The notes under the pieces were generated by a model. That model saw only the letters and a list, made by a program, of their open reading frames with translations. It searched no databases and was not told where the DNA came from. A stretch of 64,000 nt of DNA from a virus, in the IMG/VR virus record IMGVR_UViG_3300045988_079610; one strand, written 5' to 3'. Positions 20,051 to 28,852 of the stretch are shown piece by piece (positions within the stretch are counted from its first letter, which is position 1; each line of letters starts with the position of its first letter). Position numbers and translations under genes: made by a program.

Positions 20051-20401
20051 CTATATGTATAGACGATAAACTACACTATTATTATCTTCTTGAACTTTAT
20101 CTGTAACAATATAAGTAGTAGAAGTAAGATTTTTAAGTGAAGTTTTATTCCAAACTTCAGTTAGAGAAACTTTAATACCTTCTTTATAAACAGAAGTACT
20201 TCTCCAATCATGACCATCATCAGTTTCATTACTAAGAGCAAGATAATATTCATCTTTATTAATCTTAGCATTAAAACGTTTTAGAATAGTATAATAAGGA
20301 TAGAATTTCATTTCTCTACTGTAAAGTTTCCTATAATAAGGCTCTATCCTAGTTTTATTTACAATAGATTCATCTATGTTATCATAAGCATTAAGATTCA
20401 T
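20051..20401 (-). CDS. hypothetical protein
   Basis: 116-aa ORF. Confidence 0.65.
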   Translation of the reverse strand: MNLNAYDNIDESIVNKTRIEPYYRKLYSREMKFYPYYTILKRFNAKINKDEYYLALSNETDDGHDWRSTSVYKEGIKVSLTEVWNKTSLKNLTSTTYIVTDKVQEDNNSVVYRLYI

Positions 20402-20421
20402 AATTTAATTTAGTTATTATT

Positions 20422-21612
20422 TTAACCTATAGATATAACACGAGCATGAAAAGGAACATTTAATTTACCTGAACGTTCTCTATATTCTACAATAGCATAT
20501 TTACCAATATATTTATCTTTATCTTTAAGAATCATTTCTTGATAAGCATGACTAGAATTTATAGCACATTCAAATTGATTATCATTAATATCATTTTGAA
20601 GAACTAGTTTACATAAATCTTTTCTAACTCCTTCAGGAATAACATCAACAATTTTAAATTTACCATCATCAACTCGTTTGTATTTAAACATAGCAGCATT
20701 ACGTTTACCAAATTGATATTCAGATAAAGGATTACGAATAATAAGACCTTCAAAACCAAGAGAAATAAATTTATCTCTATATCTTGTAGCTTCATTAAAA
20801 TTTGTAATTAGAACATCAGGTAAAAGTATTAATTGAGATTTATTATTAAGATGCTGTGTAATATCTTCAAAAGTATAACAAAGTTTTTTAATGTTTTCTT
20901 TTCTAAAGTTACTACGAGTTTCAGCGTTCATATTCTCAATTAAAACATCGTAACACCAATATTGAAGAAGTTTATGTTGAGGAAGAGTAGGATTCTTAAC
21001 AAAACTATTTATATTATTTACAGTTTGTCCAGGAATATAAAGTTCTCCATCAAGACAAGCTCCTTCATCAAGCATAGCATCAATTAATTCATCATATAGA
21101 TTTGGAAGAATAATATCATCCATCCAACTAAGTTGATTCCAAAGAGTTCCTTCTCTAGAATGATATACAAGTTTAATAGGTTTAAACATATCATTAGTTT
21201 TTTGAGCACTAATTATACATCTAACACCATTAATCTTATATTGTCCTAAGAAAGGAGTTTTAAGAAAAGGTTTATTATCTTTGAGAACTTTAGCAAGCAT
21301 TGGAAGTATAAATCCATCGCTAGTAGTATTGTTTTTAGGAAGATAAGTATTAAGATAATTAATTAAACCTATAGTATCAAGTATCTTATCAGGTCCACTA
21401 TCTTTCAATTCGCAAAGTTGTTTATAACCTTCTTTACGTTTAGCTTTAATTCTAGATTCAACTTCATTAGCCTTAACTAGTTTTTTAGGAATACTTTCTT
21501 GATGACCATTACAACCAACAATACCATAATCTAAAAGAATATTACCTTTAAAACCTTCTTGTATAGACCAATATTGAGGTTCACCTTTAGCATTTCTTTT
21601 ATATAAAATCAT
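20422..21612 (-). CDS. ATP-dependent DNA ligase
   Basis: Motif I YKINGVR (KxNGxR variant of KxDGxR), motif IV EGLIIRN, motif V FKYKR. Confidence 0.8.
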   Translation of the reverse strand: MILYKRNAKGEPQYWSIQEGFKGNILLDYGIVGCNGHQESIPKKLVKANEVESRIKAKRKEGYKQLCELKDSGPDKILDTIGLINYLNTYLPKNNTTSDGFILPMLAKVLKDNKPFLKTPFLGQYKINGVRCIISAQKTNDMFKPIKLVYHSREGTLWNQLSWMDDIILPNLYDELIDAMLDEGACLDGELYIPGQTVNNINSFVKNPTLPQHKLLQYWCYDVLIENMNAETRSNFRKENIKKLCYTFEDITQHLNNKSQLILLPDVLITNFNEATRYRDKFISLGFEGLIIRNPLSEYQFGKRNAAMFKYKRVDDGKFKIVDVIPEGVRKDLCKLVLQNDINDNQFECAINSSHAYQEMILKDKDKYIGKYAIVEYRERSGKLNVPFHARVISIG

Positions 21613-22094
21613 TTTATTTTCAATTTTATATTTCCAAGTATAGCTTTTCTTATATCAGCATTTAAAGACTTTTGTTGAATTTTACTATTTTCAAATCCAT
21701 CAATAGTAACTTCTTTTACTTTCTTACGAGTAGTACGAGCATTCTTTACTTTTTTAGATTTATCATAAATGATAGGAGGATTATCTTTTTCATATTTAAG
21801 ATTAGCTTTATGTATTTCAGCAATCTTATTATAATATAAAGAAATCTTATCTTCTTCATCATCTGACAAATATATATCAAGTATATATGCAAGTTTAGAC
21901 ATTTCATATTGATAAGGAGTACCTATAGTTTGCATTAATCTTAGACCATTAACTATTCTAGTACAATCTAAATAATGTAATTGAATTTCTATAGCTTTAT
22001 CAATACCATATTCAGAAACAGAATTACTACAAATTCTTTTTACACTATCATCAAGAGGAATAATATATCTTTTAGAAATAGGAAAATCTCTCAT
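21609..22094 (-). CDS. hypothetical protein
   Basis: 161-aa ORF, ATGA overlap with the ligase. Confidence 0.6.
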   Translation of the reverse strand: MRDFPISKRYIIPLDDSVKRICSNSVSEYGIDKAIEIQLHYLDCTRIVNGLRLMQTIGTPYQYEMSKLAYILDIYLSDDEEDKISLYYNKIAEIHKANLKYEKDNPPIIYDKSKKVKNARTTRKKVKEVTIDGFENSKIQQKSLNADIRKAILGNIKLKIK

Positions 22095-22095
22095 A

Positions 22096-22551
22096 TCATC
22101 TAGTTTTAAATATTAAAACTCTATCAGGTTTACCTAATACACCATAAGCATAACGACAAACTTCTGCTATATTACTACATTCACAACTTCTATATCTTTT
22201 AATAGGACTTCTACAAGTATGAGTTTTTAAATCATAATCTATAGGAATATGTACTATTTTATTAAAATGTATAAGTTCTTGTAACTGATAATAATCATCA
22301 GAGTTTATATTAAAATCTATATGACCATAACAAATAACATTACCTCTACCATTAGGAATATTAAAAGTTTTGTCATTTCTAGTTATTTTTATAGCTTCTC
22401 CTTTATCTAATTTAATTTCCTCTTTTTCTGTTATATATGTCATTACGATGTCAATACCATCACGTTCAGTACGGCAAATCAAAGTTTGATAACCTTTCAT
22501 AATAGGCATCGGAATTACATAGATTTTCTTTTCTGTATCGTAGTTCGACAT
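22096..22551 (-). CDS. hypothetical protein
   Basis: 151-aa ORF. Its 5' end overlaps the primase 3' end by 86 nt, so the start may be internal. Confidence 0.6.
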   Translation of the reverse strand: MSNYDTEKKIYVIPMPIMKGYQTLICRTERDGIDIVMTYITEKEEIKLDKGEAIKITRNDKTFNIPNGRGNVICYGHIDFNINSDDYYQLQELIHFNKIVHIPIDYDLKTHTCRSPIKRYRSCECSNIAEVCRYAYGVLGKPDRVLIFKTR

Positions 22552-23695
22552 AACTAAGAGTTTCTTTAATAAATTTATCTATTTCATCTTTAGTGTATTT
22601 ATCATGCAAATCTGCAAAGTCTTTACATTCATAATTACTAAGACCAAATTCGCCACGAGTAATAAATAAATAAGGAATATTATATGTTTCTAAAAGATAT
22701 TCAGCTCCTTCTCTACCAGTTCTGTCAAAATCTAGAAAACTAAGTATCATTCCATCATTAGATAATTTCTTTTTTATCCATTCATATTCGTTAGCTTTAA
22801 GTCTATAATTCTCACTAGGAAGATTAATCACTCCTATTTTTAGAAGTTTTCCAGTCCCCCCGTAAAGAGGCTTGTTTGTTAAATGACTTCCTAAACTAAG
22901 TCTATCTTTACTACTTTTAGTAATTATAATATAATCATAATCATCTAATTCAAGATTAGGTAGACCTTCAAGAACATTACAATTAGTAATAAACTTTAAA
23001 TCAATATGTCTATTCCTAAGAGGAAAATATAGTTTAATTAAATAAATACCTTGTTTATTTTGTCCAAGCATATAAGCATAACAAGGGTCTTTACTAACAT
23101 ATCTATATTTAGGTTCAGGATTAGAACTTCTATTGATATAATATTGGTCAACAGGAATTACAAAATGAGTATTAAGATAAGCAAGATTTACATTCCATTT
23201 ATCCCATATTTTTTTATCTTCTTTATTCCATGAACGTGGAACAAGTTCAATAATAGCTTTACGATCTTTACTTTTAAATAAAGCATTTTTTATATCATCA
23301 TCTGTAGAATAATCATGTTCACGATTGTCTATAACATCTGCAAATGTTCTATAAATATGTTTTAATATAAAATAAAAATCTTGTTTGTTATCAGTACTAA
23401 TAGGTCTTTCATAAGCAATACTAAGAACATAAGCTACAACTCCATATACATCTTCAAAGAAACCAAAACCTCCAAAATCTCTAACTTTAAGTCTACCTTT
23501 TCTATTATAAGCAATACCCATACTACCATCAGTATCATCATCTCTAAATACAGATTTTATGAGATTATTATGTTCAATACAATTTTGAACAGTTTCTATA
23601 GGAATATTTAGATATTTGCTTACAATATCTTCTTGACTTATACGAGATTCAATAAATGCTTTAGTTAAATGAGCAGTATTTATATTACGTTTCAT
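22466..23695 (-). CDS. DNA primase (Toprim domain)
   Basis: Toprim-like ...SFLDFDRTGREGAEY (DxD). Position next to replication genes. Confidence 0.7.
   Translation of the reverse strand: MKRNINTAHLTKAFIESRISQEDIVSKYLNIPIETVQNCIEHNNLIKSVFRDDDTDGSMGIAYNRKGRLKVRDFGGFGFFEDVYGVVAYVLSIAYERPISTDNKQDFYFILKHIYRTFADVIDNREHDYSTDDDIKNALFKSKDRKAIIELVPRSWNKEDKKIWDKWNVNLAYLNTHFVIPVDQYYINRSSNPEPKYRYVSKDPCYAYMLGQNKQGIYLIKLYFPLRNRHIDLKFITNCNVLEGLPNLELDDYDYIIITKSSKDRLSLGSHLTNKPLYGGTGKLLKIGVINLPSENYRLKANEYEWIKKKLSNDGMILSFLDFDRTGREGAEYLLETYNIPYLFITRGEFGLSNYECKDFADLHDKYTKDEIDKFIKETLSYVELRYRKENLCNSDAYYERLSNFDLPY
22852..22873 (-). repeat. GC-motif copy 7 (coding, TTTACGG variant)
   Basis: + strand CAGTCCCCCCGTAAAGAGGCTT, read as P-L-Y-G-G-T-G in the primase. 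Confidence 0.7.
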
Positions 23696-24399
23696 ATTAT
23701 AGTAACTTTAAAAGACCTATATACTTCTTTCATCTTTTCTAAGTAAGCATTATAAGCTTCTTCTTCTGTTTTATAACCTCGTTTAGTATAAGTTCTATCT
23801 ATAACTTTAAAAGCATAACCATAACTTTTAGTATCAGTTCTATAATATATATGTTCATGCGAACATATTTTATAAGAATAAGAAGTAAGTTTATTTTGAT
23901 TATTAACTGCAACAGAAACATATCTAAGATTAGTTTTTCTATTGTTAGCAGGATTTCTATCTATATGGTCAACCTGATAATTATAATCATATTCACTAAA
24001 AATAGAAAGAATATATCTAGATAATCTATATCTAGTTTTCTTTCCAAAGTTAATATAAAAATATCCATCAGAATACATACCAACTTTACCAGTTATTCTT
24101 GACACATCTTCAGTATCTATAATAGTTTTACCTTTAATGTTACCTTTCTTATCTCTAACTATTATTATAGAGTAATCTCCTTTATTTATTATTTCATTTT
24201 TATCATATATAGTTTTTTTAATTTTACCATAATGATTAAATTGATAATAATGTTTAGGACAATATCCCTTACACTGAACAGGATTATTACAACCTTCAAC
24301 TTTACAAATTTCATTTTGTTTACAATAAGCAAACTTAGAAGTAAGATTATACCTTGTAGCATAATCTTTAGGTAATACAATTTTAATTTTATCATTCAT
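23692..24399 (-). CDS. free-standing HNH homing endonuclease
   Basis: YQVDHIDRNPANNRKTNLRYV HNH signature, N-terminal Cys cluster CKVEGCNNPVQCKGYCPKH, AP2-like C-terminal region. Confidence 0.85.
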   Translation of the reverse strand: MNDKIKIVLPKDYATRYNLTSKFAYCKQNEICKVEGCNNPVQCKGYCPKHYYQFNHYGKIKKTIYDKNEIINKGDYSIIIVRDKKGNIKGKTIIDTEDVSRITGKVGMYSDGYFYINFGKKTRYRLSRYILSIFSEYDYNYQVDHIDRNPANNRKTNLRYVSVAVNNQNKLTSYSYKICSHEHIYYRTDTKSYGYAFKVIDRTYTKRGYKTEEEAYNAYLEKMKEVYRSFKVTII

Positions 24400-24438
24400 A
24401 AGTATATGTTTTTAATTAATACTTAAAGTAAAGGTATT

Positions 24439-24471
24439 AAAAAAAGCCGTAATAGCTTTACTATTACGGCT
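24439..24471 (-). terminator. intrinsic terminator after SSB
   Basis: Minus sense AGCCGTAATAG-TAAAG-CTATTACGGCT followed by TTTTTT. Confidence 0.8.
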
Positions 24472-24522
24472 TAAAAACATATATCATGAATATTAAAATA
24501 CCTTGCAGACTGTTAACAAGCG

Positions 24523-25470
24523 TTAAAAGGGCATATCGTCACTAGCTCCAGCAAATGCGGCATTATCAGCACCATTTGGAATAGAAGAAGCACTAGGAAT
24601 AGCAATTCCTGCTCCCATACCAGGCATCTGAGGAACACCTACAGAAGGAGCTTTATTTACTTGTTTTGGAGTAATAGATTCTTTAGCTGCATCAATACGA
24701 AGAATTGCTGGAGGATTAGTACCTTTAACAAGTTCAATAGCACCACTACCAACAAAACCTGTGAAACTCAATTCTCCACCTTTATCTACATTAACCCAAT
24801 CTCCTTTACGATTACGAACCGCACGAAGAAGTTTAATCCAAACAGGAATAAAGTTACCATTTTGGTCTTTATATGTAGGTTTAGCAGTCTCTCCATCAGC
24901 AAGATTAAAGTTACCATTAAGCATTGTTGCAATATTGTCAAATACATGACGATAACCATCAACAACTTCTTGAGGGTCAATAGCTACATACTGAACTTGA
25001 CCATTCTCATCTTCTGCAAAATCTTCAAATGGAAGAGTTAAAGCATCTTCTTCTTCAGCAGTCATCTCTCGACCTTTGAAATAGAATATGTCAAGAATAT
25101 GCTTACCCCAATTAAGAACATTATCTACTTGCCAAGCATCTTTTCCATCAGGAATAGTATCTACATTACTTTCAATAGGGAAAAGTGTCTTAGTAACATA
25201 ACGTCTTTCATTAACATTAGAATGATTACTAGCAAAAGTAAGTACAAGACGAGGAACTCTAAGACCTGTAAAAGCTTTAGAATCAGCATTTACACTCCAT
25301 TCTACAGAAACAGAATCAAGATGTCCAATAAACAAAGCATTACCAGCAGCATCTTTCTCATGAAATTTAAGACGATTAACTGCATGACGACTATTGTTAA
25401 TACCTCTACGATTTACTTTCTTTGCAGCACCATTTGCAACTACTGCTGCACTTTCTTTTTCATTTGCCAT
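24523..25470 (-). CDS. ssb: single-stranded DNA-binding protein
   Basis: Gly/Pro/Ala-rich tail ending in the acidic tip ASDDMPF (compare the bacterial SSB DDDIPF tip). Confidence 0.75.
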   Translation of the reverse strand: MANEKESAAVVANGAAKKVNRRGINNSRHAVNRLKFHEKDAAGNALFIGHLDSVSVEWSVNADSKAFTGLRVPRLVLTFASNHSNVNERRYVTKTLFPIESNVDTIPDGKDAWQVDNVLNWGKHILDIFYFKGREMTAEEEDALTLPFEDFAEDENGQVQYVAIDPQEVVDGYRHVFDNIATMLNGNFNLADGETAKPTYKDQNGNFIPVWIKLLRAVRNRKGDWVNVDKGGELSFTGFVGSGAIELVKGTNPPAILRIDAAKESITPKQVNKAPSVGVPQMPGMGAGIAIPSASSIPNGADNAAFAGASDDMPF

Positions 25471-25505
25471 AACTTAATTAAGTTTTTATTGTTTAAAATT
25501 GAGTT

Positions 25506-25538
25506 TAAAAAAGGGAACTGAAACTAATCAGTTCCCTT
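25506..25538 (-). terminator. intrinsic terminator
   Basis: Minus sense AAGGGAACTGA-TTAGTT-TCAGTTCCCTT followed by TTTT. Confidence 0.8.
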
Positions 25539-25560
25539 ATAAATAATTACTTATTAATAA

Positions 25561-26391
25561 TTACTCAGCAGTCTGAGCATCAGCATCAGCATCTTCTTTC
25601 TTACCAATACGAGAAGGCTTCTCATCTACATAGTCACCAACAGAATAAAGAACTACGTCAACATCCTCAAAACCATTACTCATCTTAACAGATACTGGGT
25701 TCTTAACATCTACATCAAATACACGCTTAACAGCAGTCTTATCATCAAGGTCAGACTTCAACTGCTCCCAAGTAGAAGTATCAGAGAAAGTAAGCTTCAA
25801 ACCTACACCAGGAGTATTACCATTAGAAGCAACCTTAGCACCAACAAAAGCTTGTGTCTCAGGAGATGCAATATCATTAATAGTAAGATGAGACTTAATC
25901 TCCTCATCAGAAGCATCAGCAGAAAGCTCAAACTTCTCAATAAGAGTCTCACGATTTTCAGCTACAATAGTATCAGCCTGACTAGCAAGAAGCTCCTCCT
26001 TCTCCTCATTTGTCATACGAACAGTAGTCATAACTGGAGCACCAGTCTTAGTCTTCTTAGCATAAGCCTTACCAATGAACCAACGAGTAATAGCATTGAG
26101 CAAAGTCTTAGCATCAACTTCATTATCAAGGTCAAGGTTATTCTCCTCAGCAAGCTTAACAACTTCCTCATCACGAGTAGCAATAGCATTCTCAGCCCAA
26201 GCAAGGTTATTTACAAACATAATATTGTCACCAGTAGACAATACAAGAGCCTTAGATACAGCAGGAGTAATAGCAAAACCACCCTTTGTAGAAAGAGCAA
26301 TAAGCTGTGGAGCAACATTAGCAACTACCTTAGCACCGCTATTAACAACACTCAAAGAACCCAAACCAAATGATACATTACCTAATTTCAT
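25561..26391 (-). CDS. acidic hypothetical protein, probably highly expressed
   Basis: 276 aa with own terminator. Codons shifted to G/C-ending two-fold codons (GAG, AAG, CAG, GAC) relative to neighbours. Confidence 0.8.
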   Translation of the reverse strand: MKLGNVSFGLGSLSVVNSGAKVVANVAPQLIALSTKGGFAITPAVSKALVLSTGDNIMFVNNLAWAENAIATRDEEVVKLAEENNLDLDNEVDAKTLLNAITRWFIGKAYAKKTKTGAPVMTTVRMTNEEKEELLASQADTIVAENRETLIEKFELSADASDEEIKSHLTINDIASPETQAFVGAKVASNGNTPGVGLKLTFSDTSTWEQLKSDLDDKTAVKRVFDVDVKNPVSVKMSNGFEDVDVVLYSVGDYVDEKPSRIGKKEDADADAQTAE

Positions 26392-26453
26392 AATTGTTTA
26401 ATTTTTAAAAAGTTAATAATATTATTAATTGTAACTTCAATATGAAGTTTATT

Positions 26454-27383
26454 TCAATCTTGAATAGAAGAATTAATTTCTTCAACATTTACAAAGTCAT
26501 CGGTATCAAGATTAGTATTACCAATGACTTCCATAATCTCATCATCAGACATTACACCCATAAGATAATCACTAGCTATATCTCTAGCACCATACATAAA
26601 GGCTCTATGACCAATAAGTATTCTAGGATATTTCTTATAAGTATCTTTAGTAAATAGGTCAGCAGCAGCAGCTTCACTATAACTAAAATGTCCTTTAGAC
26701 GTCATTTCAACAACTTTACCATTTATACTCTTAAATCTATGAAGTTCATATTCAGTAACAAAATCTATAGGTTGAGCTGGAATCCTAATAATAGGAAATT
26801 TACCTTCATTAGCAACTTTAATAGCTTGTATTTTATTTATACATTTAACACATTGAGCATTAATCTCAAATTCGTTATATTTGTTACCTTTTAAATCTGC
26901 ATAATATCTAAGAGGATAAACACCTACAACATCATCGTTAGTTTTTTCTTCTGCTTCTTTAGCATTTCTACACTTAACAATATATTGTGGAAGTTGTGTT
27001 TCTAGATAAACCGTATTACCGTCAGTATATTGATACTGAGGTACATAATCTTTAGTACAATTCCAGACTATACCTGCCCTCAGTAATAGCGCTTTAACTA
27101 TATGAACATCGACACCTGTCTTACCATTAATAACATGGATATGTTCTATACAAGTACTAAAAGGCAAATTTAGGTCTTTAGCTCTCAACATAATAGCTAA
27201 ACCATCTTGAACACTTTTAAGACCACTTTTATCACTTGTAAGAATCTTCTTTAGAAAATACTCTGCTTTAGTAATATCTTTTTCATCAAGAAGATTAATA
27301 TTAGCAAGAGCAGTGTCTAGTTCTTCACGTTTAACAACCATTGTACGATTGTCATTCTTACTTTCTTTATTCATTACTTTCAA
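26454..27383 (-). CDS. RecT-like single-strand annealing protein (tentative)
   Basis: LAIMLRAKDLNLPFSTCIEHIHVINGKTGVDVHIVKALLLRAG resembles the RecT core as recalled. Lies next to SSB. Confidence 0.5.
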   Translation of the reverse strand: MKVMNKESKNDNRTMVVKREELDTALANINLLDEKDITKAEYFLKKILTSDKSGLKSVQDGLAIMLRAKDLNLPFSTCIEHIHVINGKTGVDVHIVKALLLRAGIVWNCTKDYVPQYQYTDGNTVYLETQLPQYIVKCRNAKEAEEKTNDDVVGVYPLRYYADLKGNKYNEFEINAQCVKCINKIQAIKVANEGKFPIIRIPAQPIDFVTEYELHRFKSINGKVVEMTSKGHFSYSEAAAADLFTKDTYKKYPRILIGHRAFMYGARDIASDYLMGVMSDDEIMEVIGNTNLDTDDFVNVEEINSSIQD

Positions 27384-27417
27384 AGAGCATTAATAAGTTT
27401 ATTTCTTATTTCTGTTG

Positions 27418-27425
27418 CAAATATA
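27418..27425 (-). promoter_or_regulatory. possible Bacteroidota -7 box (TATATTTG)
   Basis: Perfect TAnnTTTG 35 nt upstream of ATG 27383. Chance occurrence is plausible. Confidence 0.3.
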
Positions 27426-27436
27426 ATAACTTTATT

Positions 27437-28849
27437 TTAATCTACAATACAATAATCAGAATTATTATCAATTTTAACATCTATATCTTTTTTATTAACA
27501 ATAACATGATTAGATGATAGTTGTTTATCATTGATTTCTTTTTCTTCTAATGTATTTTCACAATAAAGACTATATAATATAATAGGTATATTGAACTTAC
27601 ATTTACTTAATCTATATATATAAGATTTTATATCATCACATAGACTTGACGTAATTATTAAAACATCTACATCTATATTAAGTTCTTTATCAGGACTATT
27701 TGTTGTAGATATAATGTTTATCTTTCCAAGATTAAATAATTGTTGGATAAGTTTCTTTTGGTTCGTTACACCCATTATTTTTTGCTTACCTTTCTTAGCT
27801 CCAGTTTTATAATAAATAGGATTACCATCTTTATCTATAGCTGGAATTGATTCTAATTTGTCATGAAAACTTTTACATATTTCTTTATTATATTTAATGT
27901 TTATATTATTAGTTAATTCATCTGCAAAATCTGCAAACTTATTTATTATAAGAATCTTTTTATCTTTATAACTATCAATAATATCTATAATAGCATTAAT
28001 CTTATTTGAATAATTAGCAAGAAGTCTAGCTCTTTTTCTAATCATTTCATAAGTAGAATTAGCTCTTTCTTTTATTGCTATAGGATTATAAAGATTATCT
28101 ATTTGTCGATTATATTCTGTACTCATATCTAGATATTCATTCCAACCATTATCTCTAGCAAGTTTATCACAATATGCCATACTAGAAGCATTATTTGTGT
28201 TATTACCAGACATAGCAATTTTTATATTATCTAGACCTCCAAATATATTAAGTGACATTCTAATATTATCATTATAATATTGAAGAAGTTTAGCATCATT
28301 AGTATCATCTTTAATAGTGATAGGAATACGATACTCTTCTACGGGGGGGTTAGTACGAATATTATCGACATCATTTTGCTTAAACTCTTTAATAATAGGA
28401 CAACAAGAATAAAAACTATCTTTAGTTCTACCATCAAGAGATTTAGTAATAATAACTAATTTATATATGCTTTTTTCTAATATTCCTAAATGAACAAAAG
28501 TAAAACTAATAGGATTGTAAATAATAGTAAGAGTAGGTCTATACAAATTAATATTATCAGCAACCCAACTATCAGTTAATACATGAATTTGTCCTTTATT
28601 AATCAACTTTAGAAAAATACTATCATAATTATTCTTTTGATTAGTAAGATATTCTTTGATATAATCTTTATCTTCAAAGTCTTTAACTAGAATAAGTACA
28701 TTACAAGTTGGACTTCTATTAAATAATCTAGGAAGAAGAAGATAAATAGGTCTAACACTATCTAAAGGATGAGGTATTAGAAAACTTCCATTACCATTAC
28801 GAGCATTCCATCTTTCGATAGCATCATTAAACATTTCTTCTTGTGTCAT
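27437..28849 (-). CDS. SF2 helicase-like protein (tentative)
   Basis: C-terminal half resembles the helicase C domain (KILIINKFADFADEL ... INIISTTNS ... VLIITS). No clear Walker A seen. Confidence 0.45.
   Translation of the reverse strand: MTQEEMFNDAIERWNARNGNGSFLIPHPLDSVRPIYLLLPRLFNRSPTCNVLILVKDFEDKDYIKEYLTNQKNNYDSIFLKLINKGQIHVLTDSWVADNINLYRPTLTIIYNPISFTFVHLGILEKSIYKLVIITKSLDGRTKDSFYSCCPIIKEFKQNDVDNIRTNPPVEEYRIPITIKDDTNDAKLLQYYNDNIRMSLNIFGGLDNIKIAMSGNNTNNASSMAYCDKLARDNGWNEYLDMSTEYNRQIDNLYNPIAIKERANSTYEMIRKRARLLANYSNKINAIIDIIDSYKDKKILIINKFADFADELTNNINIKYNKEICKSFHDKLESIPAIDKDGNPIYYKTGAKKGKQKIMGVTNQKKLIQQLFNLGKINIISTTNSPDKELNIDVDVLIITSSLCDDIKSYIYRLSKCKFNIPIILYSLYCENTLEEKEINDKQLSSNHVIVNKKDIDVKIDNNSDYCIVD
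28333..28354 (+). repeat. GC-motif copy 8 (coding)
   Basis: ACTCTTCTACGGGGGGGTTAGT, antisense to the gene, read as N-P-P-V-E-E. Confidence 0.8.
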
Positions 28850-28852
28850 TTT

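Noticed and set aside
24661-26401. Long + strand ORFs antisense to SSB and the adjacent acidic protein gene (up to 173 aa).
   Set aside because: They overlap better-supported minus-strand genes completely. They arise from the higher G+C (fewer stops) of those genes, and their products are S/L/R/T-rich.
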